This document shows, piece by piece, positions 1-12,704 of a stretch of DNA of 64,000 bases. Under the pieces are notes generated by a model that made no database searches, was not told the origin of the DNA, and was given only the letters and a program-made list of their open reading frames with translations. Source of the DNA: Felis catus (lineage: Eukaryota); NCBI RefSeq assembly GCF_018350175.1, contig NC_058383.1, forward strand, positions 23,438,001 through 23,502,000. Direction: 5' to 3'. Position numbers and translations under genes: made by a program. Numbering within the stretch: position 1 is the first letter of the stretch; the number at the start of each line of letters is the position of its first letter.

Positions 1-129
1 AAACAAACATGAAAGAAAGAAAAAGCAAGCAAGCAAGCAAGAAGCCTATCCCACATAAGACTTAGCAAGGCTGTAGAAGACAGAACTCTCACACCCTGCT
101 GTCAGGAGAGGAAACTGCTATAACCTGGG

Positions 130-540
130 GAAACATGTGCCATGTTTGTGGTAGCACTTTTATCAGCCACCAAAATAAGGGAAACAAACTAAATGTCCAT
201 GTGTAAAAAAAAAAAAAGAAATAAAATATAGTGCATTTGTATAATGAATCAACTAGATCTACTTGTATCAACATGGATAAATCTTGAGAACATAATGCCA
301 AGGGGTGGGGGTGGGGGAGAGCAAGTTCCAGAGAGACACATTTAGAATAAAGCCAGTTATGAAATTTTAAGGACATACAAAATAATATGTAGCTAAATAT
401 TTATGGACACATAAAAATTGTAGAAATACAAAACATAGATTAGAAGAATAAATACCAACTTCAAAATAGTTGTTTTTGCAAAGGATGAGGGATGGAAGAA
501 GGGAAGGAGAGAGACGAGGAGAGAATGAAATCCAGGAGGG
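130..540 (+). mobile_element. Old L1 (L1ME-like) 3' end fragment
   Basis: Resembles the L1ME 3' UTR pattern (gtagcactttt...ggaaacaaactaaatgtccat...tagatctact...caacatggataaatct). Confidence 0.55.
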
Positions 541-619
541 GTGCAAAAAAGTTGCCTCAACTAACCTATGAGATTTTCTTTTATTTCTTTTTTAATGAAA
601 TTGATCTGAAAAACAAAAG

Positions 620-1545
620 TCTTTGCATTCTGGGGCTAAATCCTACTTGGTCATGGTGAATGATTCTATTAATGTATTATTGAATTCTGTTTGCTATTAT
701 TTTATTTATAGTCTTTCATCTAGTGCCTTGGTCTTCTGTTCTCCCCCCCTCCCCCTGCCCCTCCACTATATTCTTCAAGATTGGATTTCAGGGTTGTTCC
801 ATCCTCATAAAATGAATTAGGGAGTTTTCCATGCTTTTCTATAATCTGGAACCGTTAGTCAAGTATAGGAAAAAATCTGCTACTGGAAGATGGGGGGGGG
901 GGGGAACACATTAGAAAAATCTCTGTTCAAGGAGGCTACTTTAGAGCTACCATTTAGTAACACTTTAACTTTTTAATTTTTGTATGATTATTCTGCTCTT
1001 CACACATTACTTTTGCACGAGCCAATTTATATAGTTGAAAGTGCACAAAAATCAGCATCGTTGGGCTTTTTTTCATTTCTTTACAAAGACTTGTGCATAG
1101 GAATATCTTGGGTTTTAATCTCCCATGTACCTTTTTGACTTCCTCATTTATAATTTTGTTTTGCTTTCCCTCCCTTTAGTCAATATGCCAGAGGTTTATC
1201 TGTACTATTGGTTTTCTTCCAAAGGCCACTTCTGGGATGTATTTGTTATAACTTGAACTTTTCTGTTTTCGAATCCATGGGTTTCTGCTTTGTTCTTGAA
1301 AAGATTTATTTTTCTTTACTTCCTGAAAATTTTTTTTGCTAATTTTCATACTTCTTGATTTTAAAGCTAACTTCATTCATTTTTATTTTCAACAATAAAA
1401 AGCAATTTAAGGGCTTTGGCTATATCCTGTAAGTTTTCATATGTATGAGTCACATTCTCATTATTCTCTAAGTAGTCTTTGATTATATATTTTATTTTTC
1501 TTTTGACTCAATAATTACTTGGGAAATTGTTCTTTTTTCTTTATT
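620..1545 (-). mobile_element. Old L1 ORF2 fragment
   Basis: T-rich antisense L1 motifs (tttgcattctggg..aaatcctacttggtcatggtg; cctcataaaatgaattagggagt; gccagaggtttatc). Confidence 0.65.
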
Positions 1546-2450
1546 TCCATATAGTAATAGCTGTTCAGTACAAATGTGAAAAACACAAAGTACAAGAGCA
1601 AGGCCATTGAAATGCCTACCACAGTGCCCAACACTCCATATATGAACGTTCACCAGACAGATGCACTGATCGTGATGCAACATAAAGCCTGGTAACTCTG
1701 AAAAATAATATCAACTCCCTAGTTATGTCCCAAAAGTCGAAATAATGGTAACAATGCAATGAAAAGGAAAATAAGCAGAGTCCAAAGTCGTCTGCCCTTT
1801 AGCCCATCACGCAGTTTCAATATTAGGCTCCACATACTGTCTATAGATAACACTAACCCACAATAGGAGCCTCACACAGCCAAATGAAACCATCAGACCT
1901 AATGAAGGCAAAGACCTCCTGACAACCAAGGCCTGACCTCATCCTCTCGCCATCTGCAAGATATCCTAGTTGCTGAAATGGGTGATGCCCACCCCCACAT
2001 GCATCTAATGTGTCATTCTTCAGATGGAAGGTCCAGCATAACCGAGGTCAATGGATGATACCACCTCCTTGCGGCACAGCATGGCAGCACCAATATCACA
2101 GTTAAGACTAGCCAACAGGCGCTTTTACCAGCTATCCCTGAAAGAGATCCTTGACAGGACGTGCAGATTCCCACCCCCCACACCTCAGTCACACCTACCC
2201 TGAGATTTAAGATGCCTCTTAAATCTCTTAAATGCCAAAGCCCATTTACTGTTAGAATTTGTTTCAGGGACATAGATAACACCTTGTCCTTTTTAAACCA
2301 TACGTTAGACAATCTTTCTCTCAAACTACAATAGCAACATATACTCACATAAACCCCTCCCTTCAGAGTAACTAATGTCAGCTATTTGGTATGTATCTTT
2401 AGGGGTTCTTCCTGAGCTAACACAAACATGCATCCATAAAAAAATCACAC

Positions 2451-2670
2451 GGGGCGCCTGGGTGGCTCAGTCGGTTAAGCGTCCGACTTTGGCTCAGGTC
2501 ATGATCTCGCGGTCCGTGAGTTCGAGCCCCGCGTCAGGCTCTGTGCTGACAGCACGGAGCCTGGAGCCTGCTTCAGATTCTGTGTCTCCCTTTCTGTCTG
2601 CCCCTCCCCTGCTCATGCTCTGTCTCTCTCTGTCCCAAAAATAAAATAAAAACATTAAAAAAAAATTTTT
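2451..2670 (+). mobile_element. CanSINE (SINEC_Fc-type)
   Basis: ggggcgcctgggtggctcagtcggttaagcgtccgact head, (CT)n, A tail. Confidence 0.95.
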
Positions 2671-2754
2671 TAAATCACGTGAATAGATTTTTTTTCAAAA
2701 ATGAGATCATCCTATACAAATTTGTTTTCTTTACATAACAAGACCTTATAGATA

Positions 2755-2897
2755 GGGGCACCTGGGTGGCTTAGTTGGTTAAGCATCTGAATACTGATTT
2801 CGGCTCGGGTCATGATGTGAGATCATGTGAACTGTGAGAGTTCGTGAGTCCAGCCCTGTGTCAGGCTCTGCGCTGAGAGCCCAGAACCTGCTTGGGA

Positions 2898-2946
<49 letters not shown>

Positions 2947-3256
2947 TCTTCCCACTGTGCTCTCTCTCTGAAAATAAATAAATATTTTAAAATAAATAAA
3001 TAAATAGGGGCACCTGGGTAGTTCAGTCAGTTAAGTGTCCGACTTCAGTTCAGGTCATGATCTCACAATTCTTGAGTTCAAACCCCATATCAGACTCTAT
3101 GCTGACAGCTCAGAGCCTGGAGCCTGCTGCGGGTTCTGTGTCTCCCTCTCTCTCTTCCCCTCCCCTGCTCACACCCTGTCTCTGTCTCTCAAAACTAAAT
3201 AATAATAAAAAAACATTAAAAAATAAATAAACAAAACTTGTTAAAAAAAAAAAAAA
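2755..3256 (+). mobile_element. Two tandem CanSINEs (2755-3006, 3007-3256)
   Basis: Two SINE heads; the pair is flanked by the repeat CAAGACCTTATAG (TSD). Confidence 0.93.
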
Positions 3257-3269
3257 ACACCCAAGACCT

Positions 3270-4110
3270 TATAGGTATATCTCCATGTTTTTTTCCTGAC
3301 AGCTACATAAAACTCCAGAGTATGAAATAATATAATTCACTCAATAATTTCCTATTTTTGTACATTTGGATGGTTTCCAGATTTTTGCAAATATCCAATA
3401 TGTTGCAATAAACACTTTTCTATTGATCTGGTGTTTTTATTTCTGTCTGCCCAAAGTGAAATGGCTGCAAAGAATATGTATATTTTTAATTTTAGTAGCT
3501 ACTTCCAGATTTTTGTTTAACCAGTAGCCTAAGTTGAACAAATCACAAGTTACTCTGAATGGTTAAAATAATTGTTGCTCAGGGGCACCTGGTGGCTCAG
3601 TTGGTTGAGTGTCCGACTGTGGCTCAGGTCATGATCTCAGGGTTCATGAGTTCGAGCCCCGCATGGGGCTCTGTGCTGACAGCTCAGAGTCTGGAGCCTG
3701 CTTTAGATTCTGTGTCTCCCTCTCTGTTTCTCCCCTGCTCACACTCTCTCTTGCTTTCTAAAATAAATAAAGATTAATATGGTCAAAGGCCATCTCTAAA
3801 TAATAATAATTATTATTATTCATACTAGCAAAGTATGAGAGTCCTTATTTCCTCCACATAAGCCTCCACAGAAGCCATGGATTATAAATCACCTCATTGT
3901 GGCCAAACTAATGAATTTCTAACATGATCTTATTGTCTTTTTATTTACATTTTCCCTTCCCCCATAAGAATGAGCATAATTTAATTTGCTTATTGGCCAT
4001 TTGCATTTCCTCTTCTGAAATTACCTCCTCCTATCTTTTGCCTATTTCTTTATTAGATTTTTTACAAATCTTTTCAGTTTGCAGAAGTTCTTTGTAGAGC
4101 AGAAAAATTA
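3270..4110 (-). mobile_element. Old L1 3' fragments interrupted by a + strand CanSINE (3582-3771)
   Basis: Antisense L1 motifs (tacatttggatggtttccagatttttgc; gcttattggccatttgcatttcctcttctg); SINE head at 3582. Confidence 0.65.
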
Positions 4111-4149
4111 ACTCTGGGGCTCTCCCCAGTACTTCTGCTGCAACTATCA

Positions 4150-4445
4150 AGAAAGTGACACCATCTTTTTTGTTGAAATCATTGGTACAAGAGCAATGGA
4201 AGCCCAGAGGCACTGGTGCTGTCATTACCACCATGTGAACAGTGAAGGAAAGGAAAATCAATATACAGAGAAAATAAGTCAGAGTGGGGGAGAGAAAGAG
4301 CTAATGACAGCATCTGAGTACGCAGGTAAGCCATACATGAAGCTGGAAGGGTTTAGTCATTGCGGTTTCCCAATTAAGACAGCCAGTACATTTTCTTTGG
4401 GTTTTGCGCTGGGCTTCTGTCATTTGCAACCAAAGCATTCCTGGA
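4150..4445 (+). mobile_element. MaLR LTR (MLT1-like) fragment
   Basis: Ends in tctgtcatttgcaaccaaagcattcct, like the MLT1J/K 3' end. Confidence 0.5.
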
Positions 4446-5169
4446 AATAGTGAGTTTTCACACCCTGGGATCACACTCTAATTCTGGAACAAGACTCTAC
4501 CATCCCACAGAACTAGACAGTCTAAATTCTGGGTCCAGGTAATATCTGAACCAGCCTCACCATCGTTCCTGAATGTTCCTGAGGTTTCCTACTATGTGTG
4601 ACAGCCTCTAGCGGTTGTGAGGCACAACAGCACCCCAAGCCCATGAGAAGAGTTCACAGTGCATACCTACTTATTGGTCACCAAAAGAATTCGTCTCTAC
4701 AAATCACTTGGTTTACACCTGTACATAAGCTGGACACACTCAAATGAGAGACCCAAGCCAGAAAATGTGTGGGGGCCCAAGTTAAACAAATCACAAGTTA
4801 CTCCTACAACTGCTGGATATTTGTGGAAAAGGAGCGTTTGAGTCCACAGATGAGTCTGAAGGCCTGTGCAAGCCACCTGTCCAAGTGCTCATTGAAAACA
4901 CAGTGGCTCCCGGAATGGGCTTTTATCACATGTTATACTTTCTTAAACTATATATTATGAGTTTATTTGATAGTGTTGTCATGGAAAGGAGAAAGTAATT
5001 AGAACTACATGCTAGAAGGTTTTGTCTACACAGACAGGAATCAAGGGCTTTGGGACTCCTGATTAGGATGGAGGGCCAGATACTGAAATGCTAACAGTTT
5101 ACATAAACTTGGAACATACTATCACAACATGACAGGTACAGTCATTTATGCACGACACATAAGGCATCC

Positions 5170-5680
5170 TCAACAACAGCAACAGCAAGCACTTTCATTT
5201 ATTAAGTACCTGATGTGTGCCAGATACTAAGGGAAGCACTTTTTGTCAATTCATTTTCTTTTCTTCATGTAACAACCCAAGAAGATAGGTACCAAAGCTT
5301 AGAAGAAATCAAAGCTTAGAGAAGTTCTGTGAGGCAAAACAGGCTACTTCATGCTGCAGTAAAAAAACACTCAACATCTCAATGCCTTAACATAACAAAA
5401 GTTTACTTTTGCTCATGCTACATGACCAGTGCAGGCTGGGAGGGAGGGTCTTGCCCACGTTGGACTAGTGGGCGCTGTAGCTGAACCATCTCTCCACAAT
5501 TGCTGCATAGGGAAAACAGAGTGAACCGTTCTTCAAGCTTTTTCCACAAGCAACTGACACCCCTCACTTCTCGCATTTCACTGACCAAACGAACCTCATG
5601 CTCACATCCAAATTCAAGGCTGGGGAAGGAGAAGAGTTCAAGCCTACCCGTGCCCAGAAGGAAAAGAGCTGGAAATATTT
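5170..5680 (-). mobile_element. MIR fragment followed by MLT1-like LTR fragment
   Basis: catttattaagtacctgatgtgtgccag (MIR antisense); catctcaatgccttaacataacaaaagtttac (MLT1 antisense). Confidence 0.55.
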
Positions 5681-6038
5681 GAACTGGTCGAAACTGGTCT
5701 CACTGAACACAGCAAAGCAGGAGACAGTCCGGCCTCTTCTAGAAACAGAAATGCGCCAGAAACCAGAACTCTCAGTTTCTCTCTCTGCAGTTGCTCCAGG
5801 TTAACACTGTCAAGTTCAAAGTCTCTGCCTCAGCTACACACAGATAACCACATCTTCATTGTTATTGCTGCTCTCACAGCTATGAGACTTAGATCTCAGA
5901 TTTTGTAGAACTCGGTGGATAGAGGTGGGAAAACAGATTTATCTTTCAGGTTGCATGCTATGTGAAAAACTCCTGGAGCTACAGCCAAATGTCTATTTGT
6001 AACAAACGGTTGCAATACCTGTGGCTATGTGTCCATAT

Positions 6039-7934
6039 GCAGACAGTTCCTGAATTATAATGGTTCCACTTGACAATGGTGCAAAAGCAAGACTCATTCA
6101 ATAAAAATCTTTCTTGGAATTCTGAATTTGGATCTTTTCCCAAGCTAGCAACATGCAGTTAAGATCCTCTCTCATGATGCTGGGCAGCAGCCATAGCTCC
6201 CGTTCAACAAGCATTCTGTCCCTGCGACCATTCTGTTTTCCACTTGCAGTACAGTATTCAATTAATACAGGAGATATTCAACACTTTACTATAAAATAGG
6301 CTTTGTGTTGGCTTTTTTTTTAATGTTTCAAGGGTTTTTTTTTAAGTTTTTAATATTTATTTATTTGAGAGGGAGACAGAGCCCAAGCCGGGAAGGGGTG
6401 GAGAGAGAGGGGGACAGAGGACGGGAAGCAGGCTCCATGCTGACAGCAGCAAGTCCAATGAGCTCACAACCATGAGCTAATGATCTGAACCAAAGTTGGA
6501 TGCTCAACCAACTGAGCCACCCAGGCGCCCCTCAATTCTAGGTAATTAACATGTAGTGTAGTATTAGTTTCAGGAGTAGGATTTAGTGATGCATCACTTA
6601 CATATAACACCCAGTGCTCATCACAAGTGCCCTCCTTAATGCCCGTCACCCACTTAGGCCACCCCCCCACCCACCTCTTGTCCTCTATAGTTAAGAGTCT
6701 CTCTTATGGTTTGCTTCCCTCTCCTTTTTTTTCTTTCCCACATGTTCATCTGTTTTGTTTCTTAAATTTCACACGAGTGAAATCGTATTGTATTTCTCTG
6801 ATTTATTTCACTTAGCATAATACACATAATTCCCATCATTGCAAATGGCAAGATTTCATTCTTTTTGATGGCTGAGTAATATTCAATTGTGTATATATAT
6901 ATATATATATCTTCTTTTTTTAATGTTTACTTATTTTTGAGAGAGAGAGAGACTGAGTGCAAGCAGGACAGGGTCAGAGGGAGGGGGAGACACAGAATTT
7001 GAAGCAAGCTCCAGGCTCTGAGCTGTCAGCACAGAGCCCAATGCGGGGCTCGAAGTCACGAACCATGAGATCTTGACCTGAGCCAAAGTCGGATGCTTAA
7101 CCACCCAGGCGGCCCAGTAACTTCTTTACCCATTCATCAGTCGATGGACTGATCGACTGAGTCGATGGCTCTTTCCATAATTTGACTATTGTTGCTAATG
7201 CTGCTATAAACATCAGGATGCATGTGCCCCTTCAAGGCAGTAATTGTGTGTACTTTGGGTAAATACCTAGAAGCGTAATTGCTAGGTCATAGGGTAGATC
7301 TATTTTTAATTTGTTGAGGAACCTCCATACTGTTTTCCAGAGTGGCTGCACCAGTTTGCATTCCCACCAACAGTACAAGAGGGTTCCCCTTTCTCCACAT
7401 CCTTGCCAACATCTGTTGTTTCCTGTGTTGTTAATATTAGCCATTCTGACAGATATGAGGTGGTATCTCATCGTGGTTTTGATTTGTATTTCCCTGATGA
7501 TGAGTGATACTCAGCATCTTTTCATGTGTTTGTTAGTCATCTGGGTGTCTTCTTTAGAAAAGTGTCTATCCATGTCTTCTGCACATTTCTTCACTGGATT
7601 ATTTGGTTTTGGGGGGTTGGGTTTGATGTTATTTACAGGTTTTTGGATACTAACCCTTTATCAGATAAGTCATTTGCCGATATCCTCTCCCATTGCAAAG
7701 ATTGCAACCTTTTAATTTTGTTGATTATTTCCTTCACTGTACAGAACCTTCTTATCTTGATGATTCTGCCCAACTGTCAGCTAACGTAAGTGTTCTGAGC
7801 ACATCTGCAGGCAGCTAGGTTAAGCTACGGTGTCCACCGGGTTAGGTGTATTAAATGCACTCTCGAGTAACGATATTTTCAACTTGCGACAGGTTTGTAG
7901 AGACATAACCCCATCTTAAGTCAAGGAAGATCTA
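6039..7934 (-). mobile_element. MER47/Tigger5-like DNA transposon split in two (6039-6312 and ~7757-7934) by an L1
   Basis: The halves join as ggctttgtgttg|atgattctgcccaactg...ttaggtgtattaaatgca...aaccccatcttaagtcaaggaagatcta, matching the recalled MER47 consensus in antisense. Confidence 0.75.
6313..7757 (-). mobile_element. 5'-truncated carnivore L1 (ORF2 C-terminus plus 3' UTR) carrying two - strand CanSINEs (6340-6531, 6914-7115)
   Basis: ORF 7232..7471 encodes the L1 ORF2p C-terminal motif [33 protein letters not shown]; carnivore-type 3' UTR; poly(T) at 6313. Confidence 0.93.
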
Positions 7935-8944
7935 TACTTTGTAAATGTGTAAAAACAGAAAATGCAAGTTTCTTAGAACTCCTCCCAGATGTCTGCTTTG
8001 TTCACAATTTGGGCTACCTCTCCTTTCCCTCACTACTCCCCATTTTCTGTGTAACACCTGCCTACAAGAATTTTCCTCTTTTTACTTTATTTTAATATAA
8101 CTTTCTGCCTCCTGGGCATAAAACTCTTTGAAGTGCACATTTGGTTCAGAGGGGTTGTGTTGTGGGTTTTTTTTTTCCAAGAGAAGTTTAAAAACCTTCA
8201 TTTTGCATTCAGGAATAAATGAGAAGTGGTGTTATTTATAATTGGTTCCTTCTAATTCAGACTAAATGTAGATTAATCCTAATTGATAACACATAAAATT
8301 TAATTAAACCTTAATAAAGAACCTGGGAAAGAGTTCTCAAAAGATAATATCATTGGTAATGTTGGACGCTGCACACTGTAGTACTTGAGATAAAACACAA
8401 TCCGTGGGAGTGTTTTCAGGGCTTTGTGAAAGTCCAGATATGCGTCATTATCTCAAATAGGACAGTCATTAAAACTGTGGATAAATCTGAGAGATGGTGT
8501 TCTCCGCGCAGCTCACTGATAAGAAGTTTGGACCATAAGAGCCCCTCAGTGACCTCATCAGCCCTCCTTCCTCTCCCTAGCCTGTTGGTCAGATGGCCAC
8601 CCAGCTCCCTGACCACGGAGCCACCCTGAGTTATTGCCAAGAGCTACTGTCCCAGCCCACGATGCATCAGACAAACCCCAAATGACTGAATATCTCCTTG
8701 TAGAAATCCAATTAACAATGCTACATAAACATCACCCCTCTGATCAATGTTCCCAGCAGAGTAACATTTTCATCTCATGCGTTCACGAATATTTTTATGT
8801 GTTCCGGAGTGATTGAGGACTGATCTTCCATGGTCAATCACCCCAGTATCTAATTACTTAAAACATGAATAGAGAGCCCAGGCAGGGAGGGGATACCAGA
8901 CCCACAGGAATGCCTGCCTTAGAGATGGGAGCATTCACTCCAAC

Positions 8945-9250
8945 TGCTGGCAAACTTAATCAAAGGAAGCAAATTCAGATGCCTCTGGGGGCCAAACAGT
9001 AACCTAAGTGAGGACAGTGGGTTGGGTTAGGACCATAGCAAGCTGGAGAAGGTCTGCCTGGTCCAAAGGGGGCGACTGTTTCTCCATTCTACCCACACTT
9101 TCCACTGCGGACTGTGGATCCAATGTTACCAAATCATTTTAGTCTTCATTAAAATTTTTAAATTTGGATTGTAATCTGAGAAATAAAACCCTATTTTTGA
9201 GCTGGTAGCAAATATTTTTAAGTGTTTAAATACTTTTCAGGCCTTGTGAT
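8945..9250 (+). mobile_element. MER103-like hAT-Charlie MITE
   Basis: caaattcagatgcctctgggggcca...ctggagaag..gtccaaagggggc...aatgttaccaaatc follows the recalled MER103C layout. Confidence 0.6.
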
Positions 9251-9462
9251 TTCTCATGTATAAGCTGACTCTCTAGATCTTTAAAGTTTCTTCCCCTTAG
9301 TTCATTCTTTAGCAAACAATGTGGTTTTTTTTTTTAGTTGGTAGCAAATATTTTTAAATGTTTAAATACTGTGCAGGCATTGTGAGTTCTCATTTATAAA
9401 TTGTCTCTAGATATTTAAAGTTGTTTCTTCTCTTTGATTCATTTTTCCTTTTAACAAACATT
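9195..9462. repeat. Diverged ~135-bp tandem duplication
   Basis: tggtagcaaatatttttaa.tgtttaaatact...cagg..ttgtga.ttctcat.tataa...tctctagat.tttaaagtt occurs twice (~9195 and ~9331). Confidence 0.9.
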
Positions 9463-10435
9463 CAACGAATGCCCACTGTATGCCCGGCAATGTTCCAGGC
9501 ACTGGAGGTAGAACACTGAACAACATGAAGATCTCTGTCCTTATGGGGGAGATTGACAAAAAGCAATATACATGATACATAGGTAAAGTATACGGTATGT
9601 TAGACTAGTGCTAAAAAAGGACAGAAAAAGCACAGTAGGAGTAAAGGGAATTAGAAATTGCGAAAGGGCTACCTATTGATATTTAGACAGGGTGGTTGAG
9701 GAAGGCCTCCAGAGAAGGGGACATTTGAGCAGAGACTTGAAGGAGAGAATAAGCCATGCCAATACCTGGGAGAAGAGATTCTAGGAAGAAGGAACAGCCC
9801 ATGCAAAGTGCCCCAAATAGGAGTGAGCCTGGTGTGTTCAAGAAACAGCAAATAGGGGCACCTGGCCGGCTCGGTCAGTAGAGCATGCGAGTTTTGATCT
9901 TGGGGTCATGAGTTTGAGCACCACATTGGGTGTAGAGTTTACTTAAAATAAAAATTAAAGTATAAAGTTTTTTTAAAAAGGAAAGATCAAATAAACTCAT
10001 GTGGCTGGAACAGAATGAGTGAGGAAGTGGTAGGAGGTGAGGAGACAGAACAGCGGAGGGAGAAGATCACATAGGGAGAGAGCTATGGGGCCACATCAGT
10101 CACTGGAATGACTTTGGGTTTTAGTCTAGGAGAGATGGGGACCCACTGGAAGGTTTTGAGCAGAGAAGAGATGTGGGCAGACTTGTGTTTTACTTCTCTG
10201 TGCTGAGAAGACTTGGAAACAAAGAAGCTACAGCTAGGAGGCCATAGTAGTGCCCAGGAGTGAAAGGACAGCGGCCCAGACAGAGTAGCAGCAGGGGAGG
10301 GGGTAGAAAGGTAGCCAGCTTCTATTTTAAAGGTAAAACCAACAGGAATACCTGATGCACGGGTTGAAGGGAGTGAGAAAAACAGAAGATTCAAGGGCAA
10401 TTCCAAGCTTTCAGCTTGAATAACTGGAAGGATGA
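9435..10435 (-). mobile_element. L2 3' portion with a short CanSINE insert (9856-9985, +)
   Basis: L2a antisense terminus (aacaaacattcaacgaatgcccactgtatgcccggc) and typical body motifs (ggaaggcctcc..gacatttgagcagagacttgaagg). Confidence 0.85.
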
Positions 10436-10519
10436 CAGGTATCTACATATACCCCCAAACCCAAATTTTCCCAGACGATTTCAAACAGCCAAGGCACCCC
10501 ATTTATCATCCCCTGTCCA

Positions 10520-10925
10520 AGAATAATGATGATGTTAAGGAGTATTATCTTTTGATTGAGCACTTACTGTACAGCCAGGCACTTTCTACGCATTACTGTA
10601 TTTAATCCTACCTACACTCTGGGAGTTAGACTCTGTTATTTAGTGCCATTTCCTCCATGAGGACGCCGAGGTTTGGGAAAGTTAAACAAGTTGTCAAGTT
10701 CACAAAGCTGGTAAGTGACAAAGCCAGGATTTAAACCCATGGCTCTATGACTGCAAGCCCTATGACTATAACCACCATGACATCTTCAAATTTATCTTTT
10801 TATGGCTATCTCCCGTAGGTCAGGCATGGGCCAGGGCCTTCCACAGATGTGGTCTCACTTAACCTCTACAACAGTCTTAGGAAGTAGATATTCATGTTCC
10901 CATTTTCAAATGGAAGCCAATGGAA
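10520..10925 (-). mobile_element. MIR fragments
   Basis: ttgagcacttactgt..gccaggcact...tttaatcct...ggtaagtgacaaagccaggatttaaaccc. Confidence 0.75.
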
Positions 10926-11669
10926 ATACCTATCCACAACCTATTTCCCTTATTCAGAAATCTTTGTGTTCCAGGAAAATACGATAGAGCAGGCGACATC
11001 TACCCACCTGCCTCCGTACTGGCTTGGGTAGAACAACTGAGTAAATTGGGGGCGGATAAAAAGAGGCAAAAGACACAGTCTCCTCTGGTAGGGGGTGTGA
11101 CTCTCCCTGAGAAGATAATCAGCTACCCGAGGCCAAACGCCACTAGGTCTAAGTCTGTGCCTGCCTTCGGCAGGCAGCCCACCCAGTGCACGGAGGGCTT
11201 GCTCCATGACACACTCTGTGCTAGCCTTTGAGAACAGAAAGATGGACAAGAGGAAACTCCTACATAATCTAAGGGCAATTAAGAATTTTGGAGGCATATG
11301 CATTTCTGTAAATGATGTGCAAAGCTTATTTAAATGCATCATAACTGCCACTGAGCCGAGTGTCTATTCCCAGTTCTTTCCCTTAAATGTTAAAGACTAA
11401 AGACAGCACTTACCATCTGCTGTAGCTTGAGATCTGCTCCTTCCCCCAAGGTCTCCTGACATGGCAAGGCCTAGCTGGCAGCCCCATCTGACACAGCCCA
11501 CCAGCAACGTCTAGAAGCAGTCAGAACATCTGCTGGCCTTTCCTCAGCAACATGCAGTTGCTGGACACTTGTAACCCTTGCCCCTCAGATCACTTCAGCC
11601 TGTGGACAGTCAAGAACCCAGATTCAAGAGCATTTAGTTCAGTTCTCATCCAGTCTGGGCCCCTGGACT

Positions 11670-12545
11670 CCTGGTTATTTATTCAGCAAGTGTTTACTGA
11701 GCACCTGCTAAGTGCCAGGCATGGGTATAAATGATACCATGGTAAACAATAGAGATGTAGAACCTTGCCTGATGGGAAAAAAAAAAATCTAGAAGGGAAA
11801 CAAACTTGGCATAAGTTCACTGGATACTGGCAAGACGTATAGAGTATTTCAGGAGCATGTAACTGGTAGATCCAAACCAATGTGGGGTATCCTGGAATGA
11901 GTGATCTTTGAGCTAAGAAATGACGCAGCATTAGCTCAGTAAAGGCGGGGACTGGTGATCATTCCAGGCAGAGGGAACAGCATGTGGAAAGGTCTTAAGC
12001 CTGGACAGAGAAAGTCACTTTTGAAGACGAACTGTACAACAGTGGAGAGGGTGATGTAAAATAAAGCAAAGACACCAGATCATATAAGGCCTGGTCACTG
12101 TAAGGAGTTCTTTTCATCTCCTGAAGGCAGTGGGGAGCCATTAAGGGGTTTAAGCAAATGAGGGGCTTGATTAGATTGACAGTGTTGAAAGATCATTCTG
12201 TTGGCTGTGAGGAGAATGATGGGAGGATCACAAGAGAACAAGGAGCTGAGTCCAGGCTGTTGCAGTGGTCCAGGTCAGAGAGGATGGTGCCTGAGGCCAA
12301 AAAGGTGGAAATGAAGAGGATGGGGTCTAAGTATGTTTTTGGAAGATGCAACCAAATATGGTGAGACTATAGGAGGTGGGTGAGAGGAAAGAAAGAATTG
12401 AGGCTGCTTCTGCCTTTTGGGAATGATGATGTCATTTATGGGATGGGGAAAGGCAGAAGACGGGTAAGTTTGCTGAGTAAGGGTGATGAATTCATTTCAA
12501 GACATTCTGAATCTGAGATGACTACAAGATATTCAAGAGAATACA
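11670..12545 (-). mobile_element. L2 fragment
   Basis: ttattcagcaagtgtttactgagcacctgctaagtgccagg terminus; attccaggcagagggaacagcatg. Confidence 0.8.
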
Positions 12546-12704
12546 TACGTCCAGAAAGAAAACCCAGTCAGCACCCTATACTGGGTGGTTATTTGTTGTG
12601 ACTCTTACAAAGATGGCATAGCCAGAAAAGAAAAACTTCCAGCCTATGAGTCCTGCCTGCTACATGCTGCTGCTGCTGCTGCAAATAAAAACATACAAAT
12701 AGAT

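Noticed and set aside
7232..7789. ORFs of 79-134 aa
   Set aside because: L1 ORF2 C-terminus and its antisense frames in a truncated element.
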